Positions 1 to 11,486 of a DNA stretch of 64,000 nucleotides are shown in pieces. This DNA is from Candidatus Binataceae bacterium (lineage in GTDB: Bacteria > Desulfobacterota > Binatia > Binatales > Binataceae). Under the pieces are notes generated by a model that saw nothing but the letters and a program-made list of their open reading frames with translations, was not told the DNA's origin and ran no database searches. The stretch is from the NCBI GenBank assembly GCA_050011435.1, contig JBEKJC010000008.1, positions 75,941 through 139,940 of the forward strand. Direction: 5' to 3'. Each line of letters starts with the position of its first letter. Position 1 is the first letter of the stretch. Both the position numbers and the translations under genes were made by a program.

Positions 1-2
1 TG

Positions 3-767
3 CAGGAAGACGTCGTACTGAAGCTGCTGGAGGTCTCGTTTCGGCATCCGATTAAGCTGATTGCCAACGCGCTGGGCGTGCCCCCGCAATCGATGCTGGA
101 TTTGGGTCACAAGCACGGGGTTCCAGTGGCCGCGCTGATTGGCGCAAAAGAGCATGCGATCCGCCAGGTGAAAGCGGGCGTTGACATTATTATCGCGGAG
201 GGATGGGAGGCGGGCGGCCATTGCAGCGAGGTCTCGACGCTGGTGCTGATCCCGGAGGTGCTGCGCGCGATCAAACCGCTCCGCAACGTTCCGGTGCTGG
301 CCGCCGGCGGTATCGCGACCGGCCGCCAGATGGCGGCGTGCATGGCACTTGGTGCGGCCGGCGCATGGACCGGCTCGGTCTGGCTGACGACGGCGGAGTC
401 GGACCTTTCCGAGATACTTCGCGAAAAGATGTTCGCGGCCACCTCGCGCGATACCGTCAGATCGAAATGCCGCACCGGAAAATTTTCACGGCAACTCCGC
501 TCGGCGTGGACCGACGCGTGGGAAGGACCCGACAGCCCCGAGCCGTTGCCGATGCCATTCCAGACTATTCTCAGTGAACCGGCGCTGCGCGCGGCGCATC
601 GGGCCGCCGAAAGAGGCAACAAAAAAGCCCTCGAGCTTGTGACCTACTGGGTAGGCCAGTGCGTGGGCTTGGTGGACAGTGTGAAATCGACTCGCACGGT
701 GGTGACGGAATTCATGGAGGAATTCGCCGAGGCGATCGACGAAATGCAGGCGCTAACCGAGGAATAA
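3..767 (+). CDS. Nitronate monooxygenase family flavoprotein (5'-partial)
   Basis: Frame is open from the window start (QEDVVLKLLEVSFRHPIKLIANALG). Motifs EGWEAGGH, PVLAAGGIATGRQMAACMALGA and WTGSVWL. Confidence 0.85.
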   Translation, partial: QEDVVLKLLEVSFRHPIKLIANALGVPPQSMLDLGHKHGVPVAALIGAKEHAIRQVKAGVDIIIAEGWEAGGHCSEVSTLVLIPEVLRAIKPLRNVPVLAAGGIATGRQMAACMALGAAGAWTGSVWLTTAESDLSEILREKMFAATSRDTVRSKCRTGKFSRQLRSAWTDAWEGPDSPEPLPMPFQTILSEPALRAAHRAAERGNKKALELVTYWVGQCVGLVDSVKSTRTVVTEFMEEFAEAIDEMQALTEE

Positions 768-1082
768 ATCGATCGGTTTCACCAATGACGATGCCAGCGC
801 GAGTCAAGCCGATACTCAGTAGCTTGGATGGCTGATTTCTCATTCAGTAGTCCGAGCTGCTAGTGACTTTCCGCGAAGTATTCAGCAATCTCATTCGGTT
901 CGGGCCGTGATTTGCGGCCCCAAATGCGCTGGGGACGGCATTGACGCGAGTTAACGAGTATTAGAAGCTCGTCTCAGGAAGAGACTGAAGCCTTCACCTA
1001 TTCGGCGCGATATCTTTGACGCGATGTTAGACTATCCGGCAGCGATGAAGGTGGACGCGCACGGTTTCGGAGGTAACGAGTG

Positions 1083-1991
1083 ATGGCGGCACGACCGATT
1101 GCGAACGGCAATATCTCCTTTGGGTTGGTTTCCATTCCGGTAAAGCTATTTTCCGCCACCCGATCAAAATCGGTGAGTTTTAATTTGCTGCACGAGAAGG
1201 ACCGCAGCCGGATTCAGCAGAAGATCTACTGCCCGGTCGATGACGCGATAATCGACCGCAGCGAGTTGGTTCGAGGTTACGAGATCGAAAAAGGCCGCTA
1301 CGTCATTTTCACGGACGAGGAACTGAAGAACCTTGAAGCGTCGGGCTCCGATCACGCGATCGAAATCACGGAGTTCCTGCCGCTGCGTGAAGTGGACCCG
1401 GTTTATTTCGAAGAAGCATATTTTCTCGAAAGTGACCATGGCGCCGGCAAAGCCTACCGCCTATTGACCGAGGCGATGACGTCGACCGAGCGCGTTGCGC
1501 TTGGCCGCTACACGATGCGTGGCAAGGAGCATCTGGTACTGCTGCGACCGTACGCTAAAGGCCTGATGCTGCATACGCTGTACTATGCCGATGAGGTCAA
1601 GGCCGCCGACGAATTCGATCGCTCTCTGAATGAAGCGACCAAGGAAGCGGAACTCACGCTGGCCAAGCGTTTGATCGACGACCTTACGCACAAGAAGTTT
1701 GACCCTTCGCAATACCATGACACCTACCGCGAACGCGTGATCGAAGCGGCGCAGCAGAAGGTCGCTGGCGAAGAGGTTACCGCCGCGCCGAAGCCGGCCG
1801 AGCGCGGACAGGTGATCGACCTGATGGCGGCGTTGAAGGCGTCGCTGGAAAAGCGCGGTGCCGCGTCCAGGAAGTCCGCTGCGAGTGAAGCGGAGCCGGT
1901 CGAAGAAAAAGTCGCAGTCAACGCCCATCCGCAGCGGCGCGCAGCCGTGGATACAAGTGCCAAGGGCAGGCGAGTCGCGAGAAAGAAGTAG
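1083..1991 (+). CDS. ku: Ku NHEJ DNA end-binding protein
   Basis: ISFGLVSIPVKL N-terminus, VRGYEIEKGRYV, VIDLMAALKASL, basic tail. RBS GGAGGT upstream. Confidence 0.95.
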   Translation: MAARPIANGNISFGLVSIPVKLFSATRSKSVSFNLLHEKDRSRIQQKIYCPVDDAIIDRSELVRGYEIEKGRYVIFTDEELKNLEASGSDHAIEITEFLPLREVDPVYFEEAYFLESDHGAGKAYRLLTEAMTSTERVALGRYTMRGKEHLVLLRPYAKGLMLHTLYYADEVKAADEFDRSLNEATKEAELTLAKRLIDDLTHKKFDPSQYHDTYRERVIEAAQQKVAGEEVTAAPKPAERGQVIDLMAALKASLEKRGAASRKSAASEAEPVEEKVAVNAHPQRRAAVDTSAKGRRVARKK

Positions 1992-2019
1992 CCGAGAGAA
2001 TCTTCCAGACGGAAAGCGA

Positions 2020-4710
2020 CTAGGCGCTCTTCGTGCTGGATAGCAGTTTGATCGCCGCCGCGAGCGGGCGCTCGGCGTCACCATAATCCTTCCACGCGCT
2101 GCTCTGGGCAATCAGGCCGGGCGCCGTGCGAACTGTGTAGCGCCTGGGATCGAGACCGGCGCGAACCTGCGACCATCGGAGCAGCATCGATACCGTAGCC
2201 CCCTCGCGGGCGCGCGGTGAAAGCGGCGCGACCGCAGTCGCCATGCGGTCGTTGCGCAGATAGTCCAGGAAGATTTTTCCCGCACGCGCCTTCATCGCCA
2301 TGTTGACTAGATAGCGACCGGGGCTATCCGCGGCCATCCGCATACAGACTTCTCGCGCGAACGCCTTGGCTTGAGGCCACGAGACCGGATGTTTCTCGTC
2401 ATCCGCGAGCGGCGTTACCACGTGCAGACCTTTGCCGCCGGTCGTTTTGCAGAAGCTGATCAGGCCAAGCGATTCCAACCGGTCGTGGACTTCACGCGCG
2501 GCCTCAATCACCGCCGGGAACTCCAGGTCGGCCGCGGGATCTAGGTCGAAAACGAGACGCCCGGGCAAATCAGGATGTCCGGGCCGACAATTCCAGGGAT
2601 GCAGCTCCAAGGCCGCCACCTGGGCGATCGCTGCCAGACCTTCCACCCGGTCGATCTGAAGATACGGTTGTCGATCGCCGGAAACGGTCGTCAGGTCGAG
2701 TAATTTCGACATTCCCGCCATCGCGTGACGCTGAAAGAAATGTTCGCCGCCGATACCGTCGGGCGCGCGAATAATCGAGCACGGCCGACCCTTCACATGC
2801 TGGATGATCCACGGTCCGACCGCCTCGTAGTAATGCGCGAGATCAAGCTTCGTGACGGGCATGCCGTCGCCCGCGTCCGGCCACATCGCCTTGTCCGGAT
2901 TCGTGATGGTCACGCCCATCACCGCGGAATCGAAGGCTGTCTTTGATTTTTGCGCGGCCACAGTTATCGCCTTTGCGTTAGGTCGGGCGTCCGCCTGATC
3001 AGGCGCCGCAGCATCCGTCGCCGATCGTTCAGCCACGACTTCGGCCGCCGGTTTATCTTCGCGCAAGCCCTTGAAGGACGCCTGTCGCACCATGCCCTCG
3101 CCGGTCCAGCCGGCGAATTCGATCTCGGCCACGAGTTCGGGCTTTAGCCAGTGAATACTCGCAAGCTTGCGCGGCGCATTGTCACCACCGAATGGGCTCT
3201 TATCGGTGGTCAACGCTTTCAATCGTGGAAGAATTTGTTTTACGCCGTCCTGCCCGAAGCCCGTTCCTATGCGGCCGACATAAACAAGATTGTCGCCGCG
3301 GTACATCCCGGCGAGCAGGGAGCGGAATTTGCCGGCATTATCCGTCCACGCGCCAATCACAACTTCCTGGCTGGGGCGGCACTTGGTCTTGATCCAGCTG
3401 CTCTGAGTGCGCCCGGATCGATAGGGCGCGTCGAGGCGCTTGGAGACGATTCCCTCCAGCTCCATCGCGCGCGCCGACTCCAGCACCGCGTCACCGCCAT
3501 TGTCGAAGTGTTCGGCGTATCGGATCGGCGAATCCTCATCTTGCTGGGCTTCCAGCATCGCTCGCAGTCGCGCTTTGCGATCGGACAACGGCAAATCGCG
3601 CAAATCCTCCCGGCCCGCGAAAGGCAAATCGAACGCGAAGTAAATCAGGCCGTCGGTCTTGCCGTCAGCCAACGCGGCCTGCAGTGCCGCAAAGTCGGGC
3701 GCGCCATGCCGATCGAGAGCAACGACTTCGCCATCGATGATGCAGTCAGGCAAACCCGCTGCCGTACGGGCGATACCGGGAAACCGCGTGGTCCAGTCCA
3801 AACCGGTGCGGGTGCGCAGGATCGCATCGCCACGCTGCACGCGGATCTGAATGCGATATCCGTCGAACTTGATCTCGTGAACCCACGCCGCGCCGGACGG
3901 CGGCCGGTCGGCCAGACGGCAGAGTTGCGGCGCGATGAACTCGGGCAGGCGCTGAGTTGTTTTGCCCTTGATTCCCGGGCTCACCGACTTTGCCGAATCG
4001 CGGTCTCTGAAACTCGATGAGATCTTGCCGGTTTCCGGCCCGTCGCTCGGTTTAGAATTCCAGACCGCGTTGGTGCGCGCTATCTTTCGGCTCTCGAGCA
4101 TGAAGGGCTTTGGTCCGGAACCCTTGCCAGCCGCGATCTCGGCCATCGTTCGCTCCGACGCGACCGATCGATCCTCCGTCAGAAGCGCGTCCGTATCGTC
4201 GTCCCGCGCATACTCGTCGCGATGTTTAATCAGCAGCCAATTGGTTCTCTTGCCACGGTTGCGATCATGCTTCATCCGCACCAGAACCCAGCTTCCACGC
4301 AGCCGCTCACCAGCGAGGATGAATTTGAGCTCCCCGGCCGCGAGCGAATCCTGCGGCGATTTGTCGCCCTCCGGCATCCAATAGCCACGATCCCATAGCT
4401 GCACTGTACCGCCGCCATACTGACTCGTGGCAATCGTGCCCTCGAAATCTCCATAGTCGAGCGGGTGATCTTCCACTTCGACGGCCAACCGTTTGTCGCT
4501 GGGATTGAGCGAGGGGCCGCGCGTCACCGCCCAGGATTTGAACACGCCGTCGAGCTCAAGGCGCAGATCATAATGGAGCCGCGTTGCCGCGTGCTTCTGA
4601 ATCACGAAGCGCGGATATTTCGAGGCCGCTACCGCAATTTCGCCGCTGGGCTCAGCGGTTTTGCCGAAATCACGCTTTGCCCGATAGGTCGAAAGGCTCC
4701 TGCTCACCAT
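2020..4710 (-). CDS. ligD: NHEJ DNA ligase D (phosphoesterase-ligase-polymerase)
   Basis: [18 protein letters not shown] (PE), HEIKFDGYR and EGIVSKR (LIG), RLVFDLDP and [10 protein letters not shown] (POL). Confidence 0.97.
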   Translation of the reverse strand: MVSRSLSTYRAKRDFGKTAEPSGEIAVAASKYPRFVIQKHAATRLHYDLRLELDGVFKSWAVTRGPSLNPSDKRLAVEVEDHPLDYGDFEGTIATSQYGGGTVQLWDRGYWMPEGDKSPQDSLAAGELKFILAGERLRGSWVLVRMKHDRNRGKRTNWLLIKHRDEYARDDDTDALLTEDRSVASERTMAEIAAGKGSGPKPFMLESRKIARTNAVWNSKPSDGPETGKISSSFRDRDSAKSVSPGIKGKTTQRLPEFIAPQLCRLADRPPSGAAWVHEIKFDGYRIQIRVQRGDAILRTRTGLDWTTRFPGIARTAAGLPDCIIDGEVVALDRHGAPDFAALQAALADGKTDGLIYFAFDLPFAGREDLRDLPLSDRKARLRAMLEAQQDEDSPIRYAEHFDNGGDAVLESARAMELEGIVSKRLDAPYRSGRTQSSWIKTKCRPSQEVVIGAWTDNAGKFRSLLAGMYRGDNLVYVGRIGTGFGQDGVKQILPRLKALTTDKSPFGGDNAPRKLASIHWLKPELVAEIEFAGWTGEGMVRQASFKGLREDKPAAEVVAERSATDAAAPDQADARPNAKAITVAAQKSKTAFDSAVMGVTITNPDKAMWPDAGDGMPVTKLDLAHYYEAVGPWIIQHVKGRPCSIIRAPDGIGGEHFFQRHAMAGMSKLLDLTTVSGDRQPYLQIDRVEGLAAIAQVAALELHPWNCRPGHPDLPGRLVFDLDPAADLEFPAVIEAAREVHDRLESLGLISFCKTTGGKGLHVVTPLADDEKHPVSWPQAKAFAREVCMRMAADSPGRYLVNMAMKARAGKIFLDYLRNDRMATAVAPLSPRAREGATVSMLLRWSQVRAGLDPRRYTVRTAPGLIAQSSAWKDYGDAERPLAAAIKLLSSTKSA

Positions 4711-4904
4711 CACCTGGTCCCCATCGCTATATGCATGTTGGCAGCCGCGATCGCCCCTGCACAGTCGTTACAATGAACTTCGCGCGCCGTGCAAAACCCG
4801 TCGATGCCCGATAGCTGCACGAAGGCACCATCGATTATTGAGGAGTGATCGGATATTCCATACCTATCGGCGCTCGCAGAGCCGAATTTCAGGAGATAGA
4901 TTCT

Positions 4905-6113
4905 ATGGCGGCGACAGCCTCCTCGACCAAACGGGACTTTCTGCAAGGCCCCTCGATGAGCGTGTCAGACATTTACGCGAATGCGCGCGCACTGAGCGGC
5001 TATTTCAAGGAGAAGGCGGCCGAGATCGACGAGGCGCGGCGCCTGCCGGCTGACGTAGTCGCGCGCGTGCGTGACGCAGGGCTTTTCCGGCTCACCATGC
5101 CGAAAATCTGGGGAGGCCCCGAGTTCAGCACAATCGAACAGGTCGAAGTTATCGAGGAGCTTTCGCGGGCCAATTCCGCAGTCGGCTGGTGTGTCATGAT
5201 CGGCTGCGACTCCGGGATTTACTCCGGCTATATCGACGACGACGCCGGGCGGAAACTCTATCCGCGACTCGACATGTGTACCGCGGGCTGGGTTTGGCCG
5301 GCCGGCCGGGCTGATCGGGTCGATGGCGGCTATCGAGTCTCGGGTCAGTGGATGTTTGGCTCCGGCATCTCCCATGCGGACGTGGTTTCAGCCGGCTGCA
5401 TCGTGCATGAGAACGACGCGCCCGTAAGGGACAAGGCGGGCATCCCGAACTGGCGGATAATGCTCGCGCCGGCCTCCGCTTATGAAATTCAGGACACCTG
5501 GTACACCACCGGTTTACGCGGCACTGGCAGCAATGACTACCGCGTAAAGGACCTCTTCATCCCGGAGCAGAACAGCTTCAGCTTTGTGGAACCGGCGAAG
5601 CGTGATGGCCCGTTGTGGCGGCGCAACAATGCAATCCTGCCGAAAGGCGCGGGCGTTCCCCTAGGGGTCGCGCGCTCGACCATCGATCTGTTCCTCGAGG
5701 TGATACAAGGCAAGGTCGAGGCTCCAAGCGGGCGGCTCTACAAGAATATCGGGCGGGTACAGAGCGCGATTGCCGACGCCGAGATGCTGCTGGGAGCGGC
5801 CCGCTCGTATACCTTCGCGTCGATCGAGCGACATTGGAAAAGGCTTGAGAAAAACGAGCAGCCGACTGCGCAGGAGCGGGCGGATCTCTGGCTGTCCAAC
5901 ATCAACACGTGTCAATCGTCGCGGCAGATCATCCGGATGCTCTTTGACGCCGTAGGCGGCCGCGCGATCTATTCCAGGAAAAGCGCCCTCGATCGCGCCC
6001 TGCGCGATGCGGAGACCTGGTGCCAGCACATCATCGGCCAGCGCCGTACGCTTGAAATGGTTGGCGCGATGTTGCTCAAATCCGACGATGCGCGACTGTC
6101 ACCGCTGCTCTGA
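4905..6113 (+). CDS. Acyl-CoA dehydrogenase-fold flavin monooxygenase (HsaA/HpaB-like oxygenase)
   Basis: GGYRVSGQWMFGSG, DTWYTTGLRGTGSND, LDRALRDA. RBS AGGAG before the ATG at 4905. Confidence 0.85.
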   Translation: MAATASSTKRDFLQGPSMSVSDIYANARALSGYFKEKAAEIDEARRLPADVVARVRDAGLFRLTMPKIWGGPEFSTIEQVEVIEELSRANSAVGWCVMIGCDSGIYSGYIDDDAGRKLYPRLDMCTAGWVWPAGRADRVDGGYRVSGQWMFGSGISHADVVSAGCIVHENDAPVRDKAGIPNWRIMLAPASAYEIQDTWYTTGLRGTGSNDYRVKDLFIPEQNSFSFVEPAKRDGPLWRRNNAILPKGAGVPLGVARSTIDLFLEVIQGKVEAPSGRLYKNIGRVQSAIADAEMLLGAARSYTFASIERHWKRLEKNEQPTAQERADLWLSNINTCQSSRQIIRMLFDAVGGRAIYSRKSALDRALRDAETWCQHIIGQRRTLEMVGAMLLKSDDARLSPLL

Positions 6114-6128
6114 AGCGTCGCTCACAGA

Positions 6129-7115
6129 TCACGAGGAGAATTGCGGCATGATGTCGCCGACCAGAAGTTCGTGGGACTCCGCGGTGGTCGGGAAGACGAT
6201 GAAGTACGACATGCCGAACTCCTCGACGCGCTCGCGCAACTCGCGGCGGACCTCGTCGGGGGTTCCCATAAGCAGCACCGGGGATTTTCGCGCGGCTTCG
6301 TCGCTCGCGAAGCCCATGCTCGAAGCCGTAGCTTTGACGGCCGCATCGACGACGCGCTGGTCGCGCGCGATGGTCAGCATTACGATGCCACTGATTTCCA
6401 CGGACGCCGGATCGCGTCCCGCCTCCTTGGTAAAGCCGCGCAGCATCCCGATTCGCCGTTTAATTTCCTCCTTGTCGAATTTCACCGCAGCTGCTGGATC
6501 CTGGACGAAATCCTTGCCGTTGATTATTGGCGGAATCAGATTGGCAAGTTGGGCTTGCGCTCCAGCGATCTGCAGAACCTTCTTTCCGGAGCCGCCAATC
6601 ATGATCGGCGGATGCGGCTTTTGCACTGGCCGCGGGTGGTTGTACGCTTTTTCGATCGAGAAATATCGACCCCGGTAAGTGGGCTCATCCTGGGTCCACA
6701 TCGCCTTGATCAGCTTGATGCCATCGTTCAGCTGATCGAGCCGCTCCACGTTGGAAGGATACGGGTAGCCGTGCGCGTCGTATTCGGAACGCTGCCATCC
6801 GGCACCCAGTCCGAGGATCAGCCGCCCGTTGCTGATTTGATCGAGGGTCGAGGTAATTTTGGCGAGCATCGGGGGAGAGCGGAAAGACATGGCGGTGACG
6901 GTCGGCACGAGACGAACGTTTTTGGTGACGGCGGCAATCGCACTCAGGGTCGAAAAGCATTCGAGTTGTGGAATCTGGCCCGACCCGAACGGCGAGAAGA
7001 AGTGGTCGTTGATCGAAACGGAATAAAAGCCGTGCTCATCGGCCCACACGGCAGCGTCGCGCGCCTGCACGAAATCACCGGTGGGGAGGAATAATCCGAA
7101 CTTGATTGGTGGCAT
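6129..7115 (-). CDS. LLM-class flavin/F420-dependent oxidoreductase
   Basis: DHF, TLDQISNGRLILGLGAGW, PRPVQKPHPPIMIGGSG. Confidence 0.9.
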   Translation of the reverse strand: MPPIKFGLFLPTGDFVQARDAAVWADEHGFYSVSINDHFFSPFGSGQIPQLECFSTLSAIAAVTKNVRLVPTVTAMSFRSPPMLAKITSTLDQISNGRLILGLGAGWQRSEYDAHGYPYPSNVERLDQLNDGIKLIKAMWTQDEPTYRGRYFSIEKAYNHPRPVQKPHPPIMIGGSGKKVLQIAGAQAQLANLIPPIINGKDFVQDPAAAVKFDKEEIKRRIGMLRGFTKEAGRDPASVEISGIVMLTIARDQRVVDAAVKATASSMGFASDEAARKSPVLLMGTPDEVRRELRERVEEFGMSYFIVFPTTAESHELLVGDIMPQFSS

Positions 7116-7349
7116 CTTCCAGTCTTCTCCGGCCGCTTTTTTGGTGCGCTTAATTCATCGACCAGCGTGCTTGAATAAGCGCGGTTTCCCTGTCGATCCC
7201 CGAAACTAGTCCGCGACACGGGTTTTGTCGAACAGGCGCAGACGGGGGGCGTGGCGTCATCGAATGAAGCCGGCTGCGCTGGAACTGTAGAATCTGGCTC
7301 ATCCACGCGTTATCGTTCGGGGTTCCAATTCGACGATGGAGTCCCCACG

Positions 7350-8540
7350 ATGATTGATTTCTCCCTGCCGGATGATGTGATTGCGCTGCGCGATAGATAC
7401 GAAGCATTCATCAGGGACGTAATCGTTCCGCTCGAACGCGATCCCCGGCAGGGTCCCCATGGACCGGACGAGGCCTTGCGACTGGAGATGGTGCGTGAGG
7501 CGCGCGCCGCAAAGCTGCTCTCACCGCATGGGCCGCGCGAATGGGGCGGGCTGGGCCTCGATCATCGAAGCATGGCGGTAGTGTTCGAAGCGGCGGGGTG
7601 GTCTCCGCTGGGTCCGCTCGCGGTTAATATCCAGGCGCCTGACGAAGGCAATACCAACCTGCTCAATCGGGTCGCCACGCCGGCACAAAAGGAACGATGG
7701 CTGGGACCGCTGGTGCGAGGAGAAATTCGCACGGTTTTCTCGATGACGGAACCCGATGGCGGCGCCGGTTCCGATCCAACGTTGTTGAAAACCACCGCGC
7801 GCCGCGTAGGGGACGAGTTTATAATCAACGGGCGCAAGTGGCTAATCACGGGTGCGCCCGGAGCCGCACTTAACATCGTAATGGCGCGAACCGAAGACTC
7901 GAGCGGCCACGATCTGGGAGCCACGATGTTGCTGGTGGACATGGACGCACCCGGCTTTTTGATCAAGCGGATACTCAATACGCTCGATAGCAATTCGCCG
8001 GGCGGTCATGCGGAAGTTGAATTTCATGACGTCCGGGTTGCGCACGATCGCGTTCTGGGCGAAGTCGGCAAGGGCTTCCGCTATGCACAGATACGGCTGG
8101 CGCCTGCACGCCTGACGCATTGCATGCGATGGCTCGGTGCGGCTCGCCGCTGTCATTCGATTGCACTCGACTACGCACGTCATCGGCAGGCCTTTGGACG
8201 CGCAATCGGGGAGCATCAGGGAGTCGGGTTCATGCTTGCGGATAATGAAACCGACATCAACTTATGCCGGTTGGCAATCTGGCATGCCGCCTGGCTCTTG
8301 GATCAGGGCGAGCAGGCTCGTCAGGAGACCAGCATGTACAAGGTGTACTGTTCGGAAGCGCTAGGGCGCGTGGTCGATCGATCGCTGCAAATCCTGGGTG
8401 GAATGGGTATCACCGATGATACGGTGGTCGAGCGAATCTATCGGGACATCCGGGCGTTTCGGATCTACGACGGCCCTTCGGAAGTGCACCGTTTCGCGAT
8501 CGCGCGTGCCGCATTGGGCCGGGATCCTTCTGCTCGATAG
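7350..8540 (+). CDS. Acyl-CoA dehydrogenase
   Basis: APDEGN, FSMTEPDGGAGSDP, INGRKWLITGA, RIYDGPSEVH. Confidence 0.93.
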   Translation: MIDFSLPDDVIALRDRYEAFIRDVIVPLERDPRQGPHGPDEALRLEMVREARAAKLLSPHGPREWGGLGLDHRSMAVVFEAAGWSPLGPLAVNIQAPDEGNTNLLNRVATPAQKERWLGPLVRGEIRTVFSMTEPDGGAGSDPTLLKTTARRVGDEFIINGRKWLITGAPGAALNIVMARTEDSSGHDLGATMLLVDMDAPGFLIKRILNTLDSNSPGGHAEVEFHDVRVAHDRVLGEVGKGFRYAQIRLAPARLTHCMRWLGAARRCHSIALDYARHRQAFGRAIGEHQGVGFMLADNETDINLCRLAIWHAAWLLDQGEQARQETSMYKVYCSEALGRVVDRSLQILGGMGITDDTVVERIYRDIRAFRIYDGPSEVHRFAIARAALGRDPSAR

Positions 8541-8638
8541 ATTACGGCGTCTCTCTCATGAATTCTCAAATCTGAGGTAGTGGCAACTTCCGATCGGTCA
8601 GAGTCAATTCGCCGGGAAATGGGGGATGCCGGCCATCG

Positions 8639-9217
8639 TCAATGCGGCAGGAATTTGTTAGCGCTTGCCTCAATGTTGTAAATGAAATTTCCCAGGAGCG
8701 AATGACGATATCCCAGAATCGCGACGACGAGGGCCAGCGCCAACACCGCCATTATCAGTAGCGGACGCCGGCCACGCGGGACCTTTTCCATTTGGGCGCG
8801 GGGCGGAGTGATGAGGATGCAAAGGTCGTCGTAAATTGCCGGATGAGCGTCGCGCACTTCGTTGATCAGGAGATTGCGCACCTGTTCCGGCCGCTCGATT
8901 CCCGCGGGAGTGAACGTCGCAATCTGTTCAAACTGATTAAGGCTCTCCTCGGCGTGGTTGGCAGCGATTTCGAGGATGCCTGAAGGAACGCGCGACAAGT
9001 TTGAAGCGGCGATTTGTCGGTAAAAACTAAGGGTGCGCTCGAAGAATGGAATGCCCGCACGAAAATTCAACTGAGGGCCCAACGCATCCTCGCGAATCAG
9101 ATCGGTCGGCCTGATCTTGCTCAGTTTATCAAGGCTGGTGCTGAGTCGTTCGCGTATTTCCTTCGCTGAGTTCAAGAGGGTTTCTGCTCCGATCTGTGCC
9201 GAAGTGCGAGAGCCCAA
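8639..9217 (-). CDS. Hypothetical protein with C-terminal transmembrane helix
   Basis: 192-aa ORF filling the gap; hydrophobic stretch LLIMAVLALALVVAILGY. Confidence 0.6.
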   Translation of the reverse strand: MGSRTSAQIGAETLLNSAKEIRERLSTSLDKLSKIRPTDLIREDALGPQLNFRAGIPFFERTLSFYRQIAASNLSRVPSGILEIAANHAEESLNQFEQIATFTPAGIERPEQVRNLLINEVRDAHPAIYDDLCILITPPRAQMEKVPRGRRPLLIMAVLALALVVAILGYRHSLLGNFIYNIEASANKFLPH

Positions 9218-9266
9218 TTTTAATAACGCAGGGGGAAGACCTGCCGCAAGGTGCGAACTCGCGTTG

Positions 9267-10166
9267 TCAGCTTGAAGGAGCCTCCGAGCGAGGTCCGATC
9301 AGCCCCCTCAGTCGAATTGGAAGGGGACTCCGAAACTCCATTGGTGCGTCTGAAACCGGATGCCGGAATTTCAACTCGCACGAATGGAGCGCCAGCCGCT
9401 GCGCGAAATCCGCGCGCACTCCGTATTTGCGATCGCCGACGATCGGATGGCCAAGTAAGGCGAGTTGTACCCGGATCTGGTGCTTGCGTCCGGTTTCGAG
9501 TGTTAGTTCCAGCAGCGATTTGTCGCCGTATCGGCCAATCACACGATATTGCGTGATGGCTAGCTCGCCGCCGTGGGCGACGCGATGAACTACCAACGAT
9601 TTGCTCTCGGCGAGCTGGTCTTTGAGTATTCCGTCAGCGGGGTTAGGGACACCGATCACCACAGCAAGGTACCTCTTCGTAACTTGCTTCCAGCCTTGTT
9701 GCATTGTCGCCTGAATGGTTTCGGTTCTCGCGAATATCATCAGACCGGAGGTTTCCCGATCAAGTCGATGGACGATAAAGGCCTGTTGCTGGCGTGATTT
9801 CGTCGACGCCTTCAGATATTCATTAAGAATTCGGTGCGCCGTCCGTTCCTTCTCGCGTTCTGAGCCCATAGATAATAGCCCTGAGGGTTTCTCGACTACT
9901 ACTATGGCATCGTCAAGGTGAACGATTTTGAGACCATTTCTTATGAGTACTGAGTCGCGGGGCTGCCTCCGTAACGCGATGGTAACGAGGTCGCCCGCCT
10001 GCAACCTGGTATCATGTCGTACCGGTGTCTTGTGCGGCACTTTCACCGCATGAAAGCGCAGAAGGTCTTTAGCCTGTTTGCGGGACAGGCCAAGTGGCAG
10101 ACTGAGCAAGAATGGTAAAAGCTCGCATTTCGATGCTACGCGGAACTGGCGATCCTCCATCGTCAT
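9267..10166 (-). CDS. RluA-family pseudouridine synthase
   Basis: KPSGL, IVHRLDRETSGL, TGRKHQIR, GHPIVGD, LALH. Confidence 0.95.
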   Translation of the reverse strand: MTMEDRQFRVASKCELLPFLLSLPLGLSRKQAKDLLRFHAVKVPHKTPVRHDTRLQAGDLVTIALRRQPRDSVLIRNGLKIVHLDDAIVVVEKPSGLLSMGSEREKERTAHRILNEYLKASTKSRQQQAFIVHRLDRETSGLMIFARTETIQATMQQGWKQVTKRYLAVVIGVPNPADGILKDQLAESKSLVVHRVAHGGELAITQYRVIGRYGDKSLLELTLETGRKHQIRVQLALLGHPIVGDRKYGVRADFAQRLALHSCELKFRHPVSDAPMEFRSPLPIRLRGLIGPRSEAPSS

Positions 10167-10214
10167 AGTAGATGACCTTACCGGCAGGTATCGGATTTGC
10201 GCCAGTGGTTGATC

Positions 10215-11486
10215 CTAGCGCTTGCCGATTATGACGCCGTCGGCGACGATTTCGGCGCAATCTGAGCCTTCGGATTCAAACGCGCCGTTGATCTTTGCGG
10301 CAGAAAAAGAAACGGCTCCGTCGGCGCGGAAGCCGCTACCCAAAATGACATCGCGGCCGATCGATGCGCCTTCCGCTGAAAGCGCCAAGCCACCCGAGTT
10401 TTCGAATCTGCCGCCGCTACAATTCAGAGTGCCGCCGATCGTTGCACGGTCCAGCCGCACGGCCCCCTGCGCCAAAAACCTGGTGTGCATGCGCACGCTG
10501 CCGTCCACCTTGATACCGTTGGCGAATATCGCGTCGCCGTCCGCATTCTGAAAGATGCCGCCGACGCAGTGGAGGTCCCCGGCGATCCGGGCATCGGCCA
10601 GACGCACAGCGCCTTTCGCGCTAAACCATTCAACGAGAAAGGCGCGACCGCCAATTCCTGCGCCGTCAGCGGAAAAGGCATTGCCGCCGGGGTTTCTGAA
10701 AGTTCCATGCGCGCAATACAAATGCCGCCGGAGCCGCGCGCCGCGTAAGCTCACTTCGCCGGCAGCAGTGAACCCATTGCTCATTACCATATTCCCGTTG
10801 ACGGTGACTTGATCGGCGGCGAGCGCAACGCCGCCGGAATTTTCGAACCTGCCGTGCGAGCAGTAGAAGAGTCCGCCGATTCGTACGCGCCGGACGCTTA
10901 CCTCGCTCGCAGCGCTGAATCCATTACTCATGAGGAGATGGCCGCCGATCACCGCGTCATCCGCGAGGACCGCGAAACCGCCATAGCCATTCAGAGTCGC
11001 ACCGTTGAAGGAGAGGTTACCGTCAATCGTCGCGTGATCGAGTCGGATCGTTCCAAGGACGTGAAATCCGTCGCAGAGCTGGACCTCCGAGCTTGCGCGC
11101 AGCGAACGTGCGTCCAAACCGGGGAAAGTGCTGCCCCCGAGGAAAACCGATTTCACCGATGCATTACGCAGGGACAGCTCGGAGTCGAAGCAGCATTTAA
11201 CAAATGCGATCGGAAACCGGATCTCCGCATCCGCGAGATCGAGGACGCCGGTAATTCTTGCGCCTGCAATCCGTAATCCGATGGGTCGTATTTTCCATGA
11301 GGGATTGCTCCCGGTTGCCAGCGCGTGAACAACTTGCGCGGAAACGGATCGCTGAGGGCTCCACGATACACCACCGGCGGGATCGTCTTCCGCCGAATCG
11401 ATCATGCTGAAGTCGGCGACCTCGCCCTTCGCGGCGGCATCGATTAACCGTAGTTCGGGGGTGGTCAGTATCGGAGCGCCGCTCAC
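10215..11486 (-). CDS. Repeat-rich hypothetical protein (beta-solenoid-like)
   Basis: Tandem ~49-aa units of the form F-x-N-x-G-G-x-A-L-x-A-D...GF-x-A-x-G-x-V-x-L-x-x-A-x-I-x-G-x-L-x-C. Confidence 0.75.
   Translation of the reverse strand: MSGAPILTTPELRLIDAAAKGEVADFSMIDSAEDDPAGGVSWSPQRSVSAQVVHALATGSNPSWKIRPIGLRIAGARITGVLDLADAEIRFPIAFVKCCFDSELSLRNASVKSVFLGGSTFPGLDARSLRASSEVQLCDGFHVLGTIRLDHATIDGNLSFNGATLNGYGGFAVLADDAVIGGHLLMSNGFSAASEVSVRRVRIGGLFYCSHGRFENSGGVALAADQVTVNGNMVMSNGFTAAGEVSLRGARLRRHLYCAHGTFRNPGGNAFSADGAGIGGRAFLVEWFSAKGAVRLADARIAGDLHCVGGIFQNADGDAIFANGIKVDGSVRMHTRFLAQGAVRLDRATIGGTLNCSGGRFENSGGLALSAEGASIGRDVILGSGFRADGAVSFSAAKINGAFESEGSDCAEIVADGVIIGKR

Noticed and set aside
1083-4710. 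Ku-LigD as a novel system
   Set aside because: Well-known bacterial NHEJ pair; the convergent orientation alone is unremarkable.
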